Origin: an uncultured delta proteobacterium | GTDB lineage: Bacteria; Myxococcota_A; UBA9160; SZUA-336 | Length of the DNA: 64,000 nt | Direction of reading: 5' to 3' | Assembly (NCBI GenBank): GCA_963704165.1 | Contig: CAVPHD010000004.1 | Span: forward strand, 480,001-544,000 | Shown: piece by piece, positions 33,835-43,629 of the stretch | Numbering within the stretch: the stretch's first letter is position 1 | Layout: each line of letters begins with the position of its first letter | The notes under the pieces: generated by a model | What the model saw: only the letters and a program-made list of their open reading frames with translations | What the model was told of the DNA's origin: nothing | Database searches by the model: none | Made by a program: the position numbers and the translations under genes

Positions 33835-34833
33835 GTGAGCGCGAGACGAGCGCCCCGCAGCGTCGAGCCGCGGCCGACGGTCGCGATCACGGGCCTCGGT
33901 ACCTTCACGGGTGCGCACATTGCAGAGCGGCTACTCGAGCAGGATCCGCCCGTGCGGGTCGTCGGCCTCGACCTGCGCCAGCCGAGGCGTCTCGAGGGAC
34001 GCGTGCGGTTCCACCGCGTCGATCTGACCGAGCCGACCGCCGACAGCATCGTCGCCGAGATCCTCGAGAAGGAGCGCTGCGAGACGATCCTGCACGCGGC
34101 CTTCTTCACCGATCCCCATCCGGACGTCGAGTACTCCCACGAACTCGAGGTGGTCGGGTCGCTGCACGTGATGAACGCCGCGGCCGCTTCGGGAGTGAGG
34201 AAGCTCGTCGTCACCAGCACCGCGCAGGTCTACGGACCGCACCCGGACAACCCGAACTTCCTGACGGAAGAACACCCGCTTCGACCGCCCCGCGGCGCAC
34301 ATTCGCTCCGCGACCGGGCGGAGGTCGAGGGACTGCTCCGCATCTTCGCGCAACGCCACCGTTCGCTCGTCGTGACGTCGCTTCGGCCCTGCTGGATCGT
34401 CGGTCCGAGCTATGCATCGGCGGTCACGCGAAGGCTCGAGGTCGGTCGCGTGCTCACGCTGCTCGGCTACGACCCGCTGCTGCAGTTCCTGCACGAATCC
34501 GACTGGCTCGATGCCGTCGAGCTCGCACTCGAACGTGATGCGCCCGGCGCCTTCAACCTCGCCGCGGACGGCGTGCTGCCGCTCTCGACGCTGCTGCGAC
34601 TGGCGGGAAAGCGCGCCTTGCCGCTCCCGCATCCGTTGCTCCATCGAATCACCTACCTCGAGTCGATCGCGCGAACCGGAGATCCGCCCGCGGCCTTCTT
34701 CGACTACCTGCGCTTCCTCTGGATCGTCGATACCGCCCGCGCTCGCTTTGAGCTCGGCTTCGATCCCGTCTACACGACGAAGGAGGCGTGGATGAGCTTC
34801 GTCGTCGAGCGCAAGCTCCGGGGCTACCGGTGA
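33835..34833 (+). CDS. Atypical NAD-dependent epimerase/dehydratase (extended SDR)
   Basis: N-terminal Rossmann-like strand, STAQVYGPHPDNP, GYDPLLQFLHE and LGFDPVYTT; canonical YxxxK not evident. Confidence 0.85.
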   Translation: MSARRAPRSVEPRPTVAITGLGTFTGAHIAERLLEQDPPVRVVGLDLRQPRRLEGRVRFHRVDLTEPTADSIVAEILEKERCETILHAAFFTDPHPDVEYSHELEVVGSLHVMNAAAASGVRKLVVTSTAQVYGPHPDNPNFLTEEHPLRPPRGAHSLRDRAEVEGLLRIFAQRHRSLVVTSLRPCWIVGPSYASAVTRRLEVGRVLTLLGYDPLLQFLHESDWLDAVELALERDAPGAFNLAADGVLPLSTLLRLAGKRALPLPHPLLHRITYLESIARTGDPPAAFFDYLRFLWIVDTARARFELGFDPVYTTKEAWMSFVVERKLRGYR

Positions 34834-35909
34834 GCCCGCCGGGCGCATCCGACGAGAGCGAGCGCGCTCGGCTCGAGCTTCTCGACGAGCTGCGCGCATC
34901 GGTGCGCTCGCTGCGCTTCGAGCTCGACCATCGGTTCGGCATCCGCGATGGCGGTCCGCCCGAGAGCGAAGCTGCGATCGACGACCCGGAGATCGAGGAC
35001 CCGCCGGCCGAGTCCGGTAGCGGCTTCTTCGAGGGGCTCGCCCGCCAGCTTCGCGGGCGCCTCGAGGACATCGACATCGTGAAGCTCTACGAGGCGCTGC
35101 GCGAACGCGTCTCGATCCCGGGCGCGGCGGACGTGTCCGCCGAAGTCGACGAGCTCGGGCTCGATGCGCAGTACCTGACGCGCGCGCGACGCTGGCTCGA
35201 CTGGCTCTTCGACTCGTGGTGGCGCGTGCAGGTCACGGGAATCGAGCTGATCCCGGACGCGAGCCGCGTGCTCTTCGTCGCCAACTCGTCGGGGATCCTG
35301 CCGTGGGATGGCCTGATGGTCGCGCACGCGGTCGAGCGTCTGCACCCCTCCGGCCGGCGTCCCCGTCCGCTCGTCGCGGACTGGCTCGCGACGCTGCCTT
35401 TCTCTCAATCGAGGCTGGCGCGTCTGGGCGCGGTTCGAGCCTGCACCGAGAACGCCGAGCGGCTTCTGCTCGCCGATCAATGGGTGATCGCGTTTCCGGA
35501 GGGACAGAAGGGCGCGCTCAAACCGTTTCGCGATCGCTACCGACTGCGGCGCTTCGCGCGCGGCGGCTTCGTGCCGCTCGCCGCGCGCCTGCGCGCCGCG
35601 ATCGTCCCCGTCGCCGTCGTCGGAGCCGAGGAGCTCTACCCGATCCTGTTCGAACCGCGACTGCTTCGACGGCTGTTGGGCGTTCCCGTTCCGATCACCC
35701 CCACGTTCCCACTCCTGGGTCCGCTCGGAGTCATTCCGCTTCCGAGTCACTGGCGGATCCGTTTTGGCGAGCCCATCTGGTTCGACGACGATTCGCGGGA
35801 GCGCGTCTCGGATCCCCTCTACGTGAATCGCACCCGCGAGCAGGTGCGCGGAGCCGTTCAAGCCCTGCTTGAAGAAGAGCTGCCACGTCGCCGATCCATA
35901 TTCTCCTGA
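34830..35909 (+). CDS. Lysophospholipid acyltransferase (PlsC/LPLAT) family protein, catalytic His substituted
   Basis: VANSSGILPWDG (family motif NHSG..P.D), FPEG, FARGGF and IVPVAVVGAEE. Confidence 0.85.
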   Translation: MSPPGASDESERARLELLDELRASVRSLRFELDHRFGIRDGGPPESEAAIDDPEIEDPPAESGSGFFEGLARQLRGRLEDIDIVKLYEALRERVSIPGAADVSAEVDELGLDAQYLTRARRWLDWLFDSWWRVQVTGIELIPDASRVLFVANSSGILPWDGLMVAHAVERLHPSGRRPRPLVADWLATLPFSQSRLARLGAVRACTENAERLLLADQWVIAFPEGQKGALKPFRDRYRLRRFARGGFVPLAARLRAAIVPVAVVGAEELYPILFEPRLLRRLLGVPVPITPTFPLLGPLGVIPLPSHWRIRFGEPIWFDDDSRERVSDPLYVNRTREQVRGAVQALLEEELPRRRSIFS

Positions 35910-35925
35910 TGCGAGATCGTTCCTG

Positions 35926-37488
35926 ATGGCATCGGCGGCCGCGGACTCCTTGCCGGACGAACGGTCGCTTCACGTCTCGCGCGGTACGGGAGCGGCGTGC
36001 GTTCTGGCGCTCATCCTCGCCGTGACGCTCGAGGCGTCCGCACAGGGCGGAGGAGAACGCATCGCGCTGAAGCTGCGCGATGGAAGCCAGGCATCGCTCG
36101 AACGCGGTCAGCTCGTCGCGCGGGGGGCCGATCTGACCGAGCTGCACCGAGTACTGGCGGAGTTCGACCTCCGTCCGGGCGCGTTGTCCCCCACCTTCGT
36201 GCGAAGTCCGGCGGCTCTGCGAGCCGAGCACGCGCTCGCCGAGCGCAGGGGCGGACGCCGGCTCGGTGAGCTCGCGCTCTTCTTCAACCTCGAAGTCGCG
36301 CCGGGAACCGACGTGGCCGCATTCGTCGCCGCGCTCCGCGCGCTCCCCGAGGTCGAGAGCGCCGACCCCTGGCCGAAGCCCGCACCACCGCCGTTCGACC
36401 TCGATCCACCCACGCCCGACTACTCCGCGCTGCAGACGTTCAAGGCGGCTGCGCCCGTCGGCATCGGCGCCGCCGGCTTCGTCGGAATCACGGGCGCGGA
36501 CGGCTACGGGACACGCTTCGTCGATGTCGAGTACGAGTGGCGCCTCGACCACGAGGATCTCGAGCTTGCCGCGAGTACGGTGGTCCCGGTTGGAACCGCG
36601 GTGAATCCGTTTCCCGACGACGGCAGTCACGGAAATGCGGTGCTCGGCCTGTTGTCCGCGCGCGCGAACGGGTACGGCGTCACCGGGCTCGTGCCGGCGT
36701 CGCAGGTCCGTGTCGCCGCCGCGCAGACGGCGGAGCACGGCTGGGACGTCGGGCGCGCGATCGAGCAGGCGATCGTGGCCTTCGGCCCGACCGTGGGCCC
36801 CGGTGACCTGATCCTGATCGAGCAGCAGATGTACGTCTGCGGTTTCGATGGCTCCGGCGGGGGCCAGACGGGCGCGGGTCCAGTCGAGGGATATCCGGCC
36901 TGGCGTGCCGCGATCGCGACCGCCACGGCGCTCGGTGTCATCGTCGTCGAGGCGGCGGGCAACGGCGGTGTCGATCTCGACGCGCCGAGCTGCAACGGCG
37001 TCTTCGATCGCGGGCTCGGAGATACCGGTGCGATCGTGGTCGGTGCGGGATCGGCTTCGTCGCGCGCGCCGCTCGCCTATGCGTCCTACGGCAGCCGCGT
37101 CGACGTTCAGGGAGTCGCGGAGGGCATCGTGACGCTCGGCGGGGGCTCGCTCTTCGGCGGCGGCGACCCGTTGCAGAAGTATCAGTCGAACTTCGGGGGC
37201 TCTTCGTCCGCCGCTGCGATCGTGGCCGGCGTCGCGCTCGCGGTGCAAGGCCTGCGACGGGCGGGCGGCCACGCGCCGCTCGACCCGTTCGCACTTCGCG
37301 ACCTGCTCGTGCAGACCGGCACGCCGCAGGCGCCCGATCCGCGTCAGATCGGGCCGCTGCCGGATCTCGGTCAGGCCTACGCCATCGGTGTACCGGCGCT
37401 GTTGATCCGGACGCTGCCCTACTGGGCGGCGCTCGCGCTGTGTGGGCTGCTGCTCGCCGCCGTCGCGATCCGGATGCGCGCGCGCTAG
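35926..37488 (+). CDS. Secreted S8 subtilase with C-terminal membrane anchor
   Basis: Signal peptide, FVDVE (Asp), SHGNAV (His), AAGNG, FGGSSSA (Ser); C-terminal IRTLPYW-TM-RMRAR. Confidence 0.85.
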   Translation: MASAAADSLPDERSLHVSRGTGAACVLALILAVTLEASAQGGGERIALKLRDGSQASLERGQLVARGADLTELHRVLAEFDLRPGALSPTFVRSPAALRAEHALAERRGGRRLGELALFFNLEVAPGTDVAAFVAALRALPEVESADPWPKPAPPPFDLDPPTPDYSALQTFKAAAPVGIGAAGFVGITGADGYGTRFVDVEYEWRLDHEDLELAASTVVPVGTAVNPFPDDGSHGNAVLGLLSARANGYGVTGLVPASQVRVAAAQTAEHGWDVGRAIEQAIVAFGPTVGPGDLILIEQQMYVCGFDGSGGGQTGAGPVEGYPAWRAAIATATALGVIVVEAAGNGGVDLDAPSCNGVFDRGLGDTGAIVVGAGSASSRAPLAYASYGSRVDVQGVAEGIVTLGGGSLFGGGDPLQKYQSNFGGSSSAAAIVAGVALAVQGLRRAGGHAPLDPFALRDLLVQTGTPQAPDPRQIGPLPDLGQAYAIGVPALLIRTLPYWAALALCGLLLAAVAIRMRAR

Positions 37489-38036
37489 AGGGAGCGCTCG
37501 CGCGGACGATCCACGGTCGCGAGTCGGGCCTCGAAGCTCTCGAGCGCGGTCGCGAGCCGTTCGAGGTTCTTGTTCAGCGCCTCGAGGTCGCCGCGCGTCG
37601 GCAGATCGGCCACGTGCAGCACGTGCTCGACCGCGGCGTGGACCGTTCGCGTGATCTCGGACGGGTCGAACGGTGCGCCGTCGCCAGGAGTACGAATCCA
37701 GCGTCGCATGTTGTCGCGCATCTCGTTCAGGTTGGTCTCGACGTCCCCTACACCGCGCCGCACCAGGCTGTAGAGGGCGTCTCCACCGCGTTGGATCAGC
37801 TCGGTGAGAAGCGTGCCGGAGACTGCAGAGTCGCGGTCTCCGCGATTCCCCCGCTGATCATCCACCAGGATCTGCGACAGCACGATCGGCGTGATCTCCT
37901 CGCCGGTCTCGTTGTCGATCACGCAGATGTCGTGACCCTCGCGCACGAGCTCGGAGATCCCTTTCAACGTGATGTACCGGCTCGACTCCGTGTTGTAGAG
38001 CTTCCGGTTCGCGTAGCGCTTGATCAGGATCGCCAT
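37485..38036 (-). CDS. PhaR-type PHA synthesis regulator DNA-binding domain with phasin-like C-terminus
   Basis: IKRYANRKLYNTESSRYITL and IDNETGEEIT; C-terminal DLPTRGDLEALNKNLERL. Confidence 0.88.
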   Translation of the reverse strand: MAILIKRYANRKLYNTESSRYITLKGISELVREGHDICVIDNETGEEITPIVLSQILVDDQRGNRGDRDSAVSGTLLTELIQRGGDALYSLVRRGVGDVETNLNEMRDNMRRWIRTPGDGAPFDPSEITRTVHAAVEHVLHVADLPTRGDLEALNKNLERLATALESFEARLATVDRPRERSL

Positions 38037-38341
38037 CGGTCGCGAGTATCCCACCGCACCTTGGGTCGGTCAAACCCTTCGCGCTCGCGCTTCCGTCGCG
38101 TGTGGACGCTCGGCGCGATCGCATCGGAGAGCGCGGCGAAGATCTCGCGCACGCGCTCGGCGGCCGGATCGTGGGCGGCGCGCTCCGCCCAGCGCTTCTC
38201 TTCCGCGCGAAGTGCGGCGCGCACGCGCTCGAGGGAAGGCGCGCTTCCGCCGAGCACGCTGGCCCCGGAAGCGAGCGCGAGAGCGAGCTCTTGCGCGGAG
38301 CGCACGAGATGCTCGAGCGCGCGTTGACCGGGGTCAGGCAT
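38024..38341 (-). CDS. Hypothetical helical protein
   Basis: 105-aa ORF overlapping the ArsA stop and the PhaR start on the same strand. Confidence 0.65.
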   Translation of the reverse strand: MPDPGQRALEHLVRSAQELALALASGASVLGGSAPSLERVRAALRAEEKRWAERAAHDPAAERVREIFAALSDAIAPSVHTRRKREREGFDRPKVRWDTRDRWRS

Positions 38342-39512
38342 CGGCCTTCGGCGCGAAGATCAGACTCCCGATGCGCGCGAGCGCCTCGAGCTCGTGAACG
38401 TCCTCGCTGAAGAGCGGCACCACGCGCACGGCATCGGCCTCGAGCGGCAGTGCCTTCTCGAGCCGTGCCCGCACCGCGAGGTCGCGACGCGCGAGCGCGG
38501 CCTGCGCCCGCGTCGACGCGACCAACGCGCGCGCGCTGCTCGCGGAGTCGAGTTCGGGCGCGGCCGCGTCGATCGCGCCCGTCAGCCACGAGATCGCGCG
38601 CTCCACTTCCTGAACGTCGTCGGCGGGAGGATCGCCGGCGCCGGGCCAGGTGTGCACGCGATTCAAGACCAGTCCGGCGAGCTGGATCCCTTCCTCTTGC
38701 AGACGCCGCCAGAAGGATTCCGCGCTCTTCGCCTGTTGGAGATCGGGCCCCGCCACCAGCACGAAGCCGCAGATCGGGTCGCGAAGCAGACCGGCGACCT
38801 CGCGCGCGCGCTCGGAGAAGCCGCCGAGCATCTCCTCGAAGGCGAGCAGGAACTCGGAGATCGACGTCAGGAACTCGAGTCCGGTGATCCGCTCGAGACC
38901 GCGCATCATCAGCTCCGACCCGGAGCGGAAGAGGCGAAAGCTGGCCCGTCCGACGACCGCGGCGGGGTGGAGGAGCACCGTCAGGAACTGGCTCTCGAGA
39001 AATCCGGCGAGCCGGCGCGGCGCGTCCAGGAAGTCGAGCGCGTGGGAGGCGGGGGGCGTGTCGAGCACGATCAGATCGTACTCCCCGTCGGCGTGGATCT
39101 GGCGCAGCTTTTCCATCGCCGAGTACTCGCGGCTCCCGCCGAGCGCGTCGGTCAGGTTTCGATAGATCGGATTCGAGTAGATCCGCGCGCGCGCGTCCGG
39201 ATCGGAGGCGAAGCGCTCGACGAGCTCGTCGAACGTGCGCTTGGTGTCGAGCATGAGTGCGGCGAGCTTGCCGTCGCCCGTCACACCCGCTTCGCGCAGT
39301 CGGTCGCGCGGAACCTCGCGGGGAACGTGGTCGAGCGCGCCGGTTCCCAGCGCGTCCGCGAGCCGTCGCGCGGGATCGATCGTCATCACGAGCACGGACT
39401 TCCCGGCGCGCGCGCCGGCGAGGCCCAGCGCTGCGGCGATGGTGGTCTTGCCGACGCCTCCGGTGCCGACGGTGACGAGAACGCGACAGTCGAGCCAGCG
39501 TTCGGGTTTCAC
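38334..39512 (-). CDS. ArsA/Get3-family ATPase (single domain)
   Basis: GTGGVGKTT, TIDPARRLADALG and LDTPP. Confidence 0.92.
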   Translation of the reverse strand: MKPERWLDCRVLVTVGTGGVGKTTIAAALGLAGARAGKSVLVMTIDPARRLADALGTGALDHVPREVPRDRLREAGVTGDGKLAALMLDTKRTFDELVERFASDPDARARIYSNPIYRNLTDALGGSREYSAMEKLRQIHADGEYDLIVLDTPPASHALDFLDAPRRLAGFLESQFLTVLLHPAAVVGRASFRLFRSGSELMMRGLERITGLEFLTSISEFLLAFEEMLGGFSERAREVAGLLRDPICGFVLVAGPDLQQAKSAESFWRRLQEEGIQLAGLVLNRVHTWPGAGDPPADDVQEVERAISWLTGAIDAAAPELDSASSARALVASTRAQAALARRDLAVRARLEKALPLEADAVRVVPLFSEDVHELEALARIGSLIFAPKADA

Positions 39513-40510
39513 TTCGAGACCTCGGCTCGCGACTGCGCGAGCGCCGCTCCGAGATGATCGGCGAGCGCGGCGACGCCGGATGGACCATCCACGCCCTGAT
39601 CGAGCCAGGGCAGAACGACCGGAGCGACGCCGAACTCGCCTTCGAGTCGGGCGAGGAACCCCGCCTGCATGCGCGTGCGAGAGAGCCGATGTCGCACGGA
39701 GGCACAGAGCGCGACGGGCTCCACGAGCGGAGACGGGGCGCTCGCGGCGTCGAGGGACGCGACGACCTCCAGCACGCGCTCGGCGTCGGGCAGCGCGAGC
39801 GGGGGCTCGACTCCGTTCGCGATCACCGGACCGAGCGCGAGCCCGAGCTCGCGAATCCGCGCGCGCAGCTCGAGCGTCTCGTTCACCGGTAGCTCCTCGA
39901 GCAGGCTGACGATCAGGACCGCCGTTCGAGCGGGGTCCGTGAGCAGCGCTTGAACCAGATCGGTGTTCCGGCGAAGCGGGCCGATCCGCACGGTGTCGAG
40001 GATCACCGTCGGGGTCGAGAGCAGGGAGAGCCCATGGCCGGTCGCGGGTGCGTCGATCACGATCAGCGGCCAGAGCGCTGATCCCTTCGAATCCTCGAGC
40101 GAGACCAGGTGCCAGAGCTTTCCCAGCGTGATCAGCTCGCGCCAGCCGGGCGCCGCCTCGAGAAAGCGTTGGAAGCCCGCGTTCCCGACGATCGCCCGCG
40201 CCAGGGCGCGCACGCGGATCTGCAGCTCCAGGTATTCGAGCAGGGCCTCCTCGGGAAGGATCCGAAGCGTGAACAGATTGGGCGCAGCCCGGACCGGATC
40301 GCGCCGCGGGTTCGCACTTGCGAGAGGCCGGTTCTCGCAGAGCAGATCCGGCAGCACCGACGTGTGGCCGAGCTCGACGACGAGCGTTTTGACGCCGGCG
40401 TCCGAGGCGAGTCGGCCGAGCGCCGCGGCGACGCTCGTCTTGCCGGTGCCACCCTTGCCGGTGACGAGCAAGAGGCGCCGCGCGAGCAGTTGCTTCGTCA
40501 GTTCCGACAT
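39509..40510 (-). CDS. ArsA/Get3-family ATPase (single domain)
   Basis: TGKGGTGKTS, AAPGWRE, IDAPATGH and EELPVNET. Confidence 0.92.
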   Translation of the reverse strand: MSELTKQLLARRLLLVTGKGGTGKTSVAAALGRLASDAGVKTLVVELGHTSVLPDLLCENRPLASANPRRDPVRAAPNLFTLRILPEEALLEYLELQIRVRALARAIVGNAGFQRFLEAAPGWRELITLGKLWHLVSLEDSKGSALWPLIVIDAPATGHGLSLLSTPTVILDTVRIGPLRRNTDLVQALLTDPARTAVLIVSLLEELPVNETLELRARIRELGLALGPVIANGVEPPLALPDAERVLEVVASLDAASAPSPLVEPVALCASVRHRLSRTRMQAGFLARLEGEFGVAPVVLPWLDQGVDGPSGVAALADHLGAALAQSRAEVSK

Positions 40511-40564
40511 CGGCGCACCTCAAGCGGAGCGACGCTCGCGCCGACCGGGGAGTGGGGCCCATGA

Positions 40565-42016
40565 ATGACCGTTGAGTGCGAGAAATGCCAGACGCGCTTC
40601 CACGTCGCCGATGCCCGCATTCCCGCCAAGGGTGCGCGCGTCCGCTGCTCGCGTTGCCACCATCGGTTCCACATCACCCTGTCTTCCGCCGCGCCCGGGC
40701 AGTCGACCGCCGCAGCCAAGGATAACGCGGCCGAGGAGATCCTCGGCGGCGAGGCCGCGCGCGAAGAAGACCAGCTCGACAATCCGGAGTTCATCTTCGA
40801 TCGGCCGGAGGGTGACCACGGAAGGACCGGTTCCGTTCGTACCGACCTCGCCGACTCGGGACGCCAACAGCCGCATCTCGCCGAGCCGCCGGAACCCGCG
40901 ACGCCGCCCGCACCTCGGGAGGAGCGCGTCGTTTCGAGCGGAGGGGTGACCGCGCAGCAGATGCTCGACGAGGGTGTTCCGGATCTACCGACGGGCCGCA
41001 TCGACGTTCTCGGCTCGCTCGGCGAGACCGACAGCCTGATCGGCAGCCCGGACGAACCGAATGTCTCGACCGCGAGCACGGAGCTCGATGACGCGTTCAC
41101 CGAGTCGAGCGAATCGCTCGCGGTCGTTCCGCCCGCTCGCCCGGCCTCCGCCGAGATCGCCGCGATCGCGGCGGAGCTCGGCGAGGACGAGGACAGCTCC
41201 TTCGCCGATTGGGATCCGCTCTCGACGCCCGCATCCACGCCGGCCGCGGGGATGGTCGAAGCGCCGGCGCCGGCGCCGACACCGGCGACGAAGACGGTTC
41301 TCGACTCGATCCAACCCAAGCCCGCAGCTCGACCCAAGCGGCGTGCGTTGGCCGAGGCCCCGACCTTCGATCCCGAAGCGGTGAGTCCCATCCGTCTGAT
41401 TCTGCGGGTCGCCGCCGTGATCGTCGGCTTGGCGCTCCTGGGTGCCGCCGGCCGCATACTCTGGCTCCAGCGCGGCGGCGATTCATCGGCGCCCGAGGTC
41501 GTGCAGGCGGCGGGCTGGATCGCGGCGGATCTCGAGACCTTCGTCGCGCGAAACGCGGACGGCGAGCGCGTGGTCGTCGTGCGGGGAAACCTGTTCCCGG
41601 AGGGCTCGGCCCCGCCTCCCCGGGTCGAGGTACGACTGCTCGGCGCAGATGGTGAGGCGCTCGTGGTCTCCCCGAGGACCTGGCTCGAGCGGATCGACGA
41701 CGCCGAGATCGCGCCTGAGCGACTCGAACTCCGACTGGCGCAGGCGGGTGGCGACATCGCCGGCATGGGCCAGATGGTCACAGGCTTCACGGCGGTGATT
41801 CCCGATCCGCCGCCGGGCATCCACCGCGTCGAGGTTTCGCTGAGAGCGCCCGAGCGAACCCCGGCCGGTACGGCCACGGCCGACGTTCCAGCGGCGCCGC
41901 CCGCCGACGAGCCCGCGGCCGCCCCAGCGACCGAGACCGCGTCGCCGAGTCCTGCGGCGTCCTCGGGCCTCCCGGAGTCGGACGCGGTCGTTCCCGCTGC
42001 ACCCGCGCCGGAGTAG
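40565..42016 (+). CDS. MJ0042 zinc-ribbon / acidic linker / TM / DUF3426-like protein (AgmX-like architecture)
   Basis: CEKCQTRF...VRCSRCHHRF, Pro/acidic linker, TM and VVVRGNL periplasmic domain. Confidence 0.8.
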   Translation: MTVECEKCQTRFHVADARIPAKGARVRCSRCHHRFHITLSSAAPGQSTAAAKDNAAEEILGGEAAREEDQLDNPEFIFDRPEGDHGRTGSVRTDLADSGRQQPHLAEPPEPATPPAPREERVVSSGGVTAQQMLDEGVPDLPTGRIDVLGSLGETDSLIGSPDEPNVSTASTELDDAFTESSESLAVVPPARPASAEIAAIAAELGEDEDSSFADWDPLSTPASTPAAGMVEAPAPAPTPATKTVLDSIQPKPAARPKRRALAEAPTFDPEAVSPIRLILRVAAVIVGLALLGAAGRILWLQRGGDSSAPEVVQAAGWIAADLETFVARNADGERVVVVRGNLFPEGSAPPPRVEVRLLGADGEALVVSPRTWLERIDDAEIAPERLELRLAQAGGDIAGMGQMVTGFTAVIPDPPPGIHRVEVSLRAPERTPAGTATADVPAAPPADEPAAAPATETASPSPAASSGLPESDAVVPAAPAPE

Positions 42017-42024
42017 CCTCGAGG

Positions 42025-42213
42025 CTACTCGTTCTTCTCGTCGTCACCGTTCTTGGGCGTGACGTCGATCGCGGTCGGCTCCTTCAGCGCGCCCCGGAAG
42101 TTCTTGATGCCCTCGCCGAGGCCCTTTCCGATCTGCGGCAGACGGCTCGCCCCGAAGATCACGATCACGATCGCGAGGAGGATCAGGAGCTCGGTTGCGC
42201 CAATGCCGAACAT
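42025..42213 (-). CDS. tatA: Twin-arginine translocase TatA/E
   Basis: [11 protein letters not shown]...[22 protein letters not shown]. Confidence 0.95.
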   Translation of the reverse strand: MFGIGATELLILLAIVIVIFGASRLPQIGKGLGEGIKNFRGALKEPTAIDVTPKNGDDEKNE

Positions 42214-42275
42214 GACCGGAGGTTCGGCGACGGCCGAGTTGAAGTCAACCGGTCGACCCGGAACACTGCACGCAC

Positions 42276-43628
42276 ATGAAGTCTGCGATCTTCAAGGCCT
42301 ACGACATCCGCGGTCTCGTTCCCGAGGAGCTCGACGCGCCCGCCGCGCTCGCGATCGGCCGCGCGCTCGCGCGAAAGCTCGGCCCGGGCACCGTCGCGGT
42401 CGGCTTCGACATGCGCACCAGCGCCGCCACGCTTCACGAGGCGTTCGTCGCCGGACTTCGCGGTGAGGGGGCCGACGTCGTCGACATCGGACGCGTCGCG
42501 ACGCCGATCCTGAATTTCGCAACGGCGAAGCTGCGAACCGTCGGCGGCGCGATGATCACGGCTTCGCACAATCCCGGCGCTTACAACGGGTTCAAGCTCT
42601 GCGGTCCGAATGCCGCGCCGATCGGGATCGAGTCGGGACTTCGCGAGGTCCGGGACGTCGCACTCGGTCTCCACGGGCAACCGGCGCCGGCCCCGCGCGG
42701 AACGCTGCGCCGCGAGGACGTGAAGCCGCGCTACTACGAGATGCTGCTCGAGCTGTTTCCATCGCGGCCGCGACTGCGCGCCGTGATCGATGCCGGAAAC
42801 GGGATCGCGGGCGAAGCCTTCTCGGGCCTGCTCGACCGGCTGCCGCTCGACGCGAAGCGCTTGTACTTCGAACCCGACGGGACCTTTCCCAACCACGAAG
42901 CCGACCCGCTCAAGCTCGAGAACCTCGCGGACTTGCGAGAAGCGGTACTCGCCGAGCGCGCGGACCTCGGCATCGCGTTCGACGGCGACGGCGACCGGGC
43001 GGTCTTCGTCGATGAGACCGGAGAGCCGATCCCCGCGGACCTTCTGACCGCGCTCTTCTGTGAAGTCATCCTCGAGCGCGGGCTGCTCGGCGCGGGAGCG
43101 GGCGCCTCGATGCTCTACGACCTGCGCTCGAGCCGGATCGTGCCCGAGACGCTTCGCGCGCGCGGCGCGGTGCCGATCCGCAGCCGCGTCGGCCACGCCT
43201 TCATGAAGGCCGTGATGCGCGAGCGCGGCGCCTGTTTCGGCGGCGAGCTCTCGGGCCACTACTACTTCCGGTTTCCCGCGGGATACATCGGCGACGATGG
43301 CGCGGCCGCGGTGATGCTCCTGCTCGAGGCGCTCGCGACGCGCAAGCAAAAGCTCTCGACGCTGTGGCGGCCGTATCGACGATACCGGCAGAGCGGCGAG
43401 ATCAATCGGCGCGTCGCTGACGTTCCCGCGACGCTCGCGCGCGTTCGTGCTGCGCACGCGGCGGGTGAAGCCGACGAGCTCGACGGGCTCACCGTCAACT
43501 ATCCCGACTGGTGGTTCAATCTGCGCCCGTCGAACACCGAGCCTCTTCTGCGCCTGAACCTCGAGGCCGCGAGCGACGCCGAGGTCGCCGCGAAGCGCGA
43601 CGCCCTGCTCGCGCTGATCGAAGGCTGA
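42276..43628 (+). CDS. Phosphomannomutase/phosphoglucomutase
   Basis: [28 protein letters not shown] and RPSNTEP. Confidence 0.95.
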   Translation: MKSAIFKAYDIRGLVPEELDAPAALAIGRALARKLGPGTVAVGFDMRTSAATLHEAFVAGLRGEGADVVDIGRVATPILNFATAKLRTVGGAMITASHNPGAYNGFKLCGPNAAPIGIESGLREVRDVALGLHGQPAPAPRGTLRREDVKPRYYEMLLELFPSRPRLRAVIDAGNGIAGEAFSGLLDRLPLDAKRLYFEPDGTFPNHEADPLKLENLADLREAVLAERADLGIAFDGDGDRAVFVDETGEPIPADLLTALFCEVILERGLLGAGAGASMLYDLRSSRIVPETLRARGAVPIRSRVGHAFMKAVMRERGACFGGELSGHYYFRFPAGYIGDDGAAAVMLLLEALATRKQKLSTLWRPYRRYRQSGEINRRVADVPATLARVRAAHAAGEADELDGLTVNYPDWWFNLRPSNTEPLLRLNLEAASDAEVAAKRDALLALIEG

Positions 43629-43629
43629 G

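Noticed and set aside
38334..40510. Arsenic resistance operon
   Set aside because: No arsB/acr3/arsC/arsD/arsR; single-domain paired ATPases of the non-arsenic type
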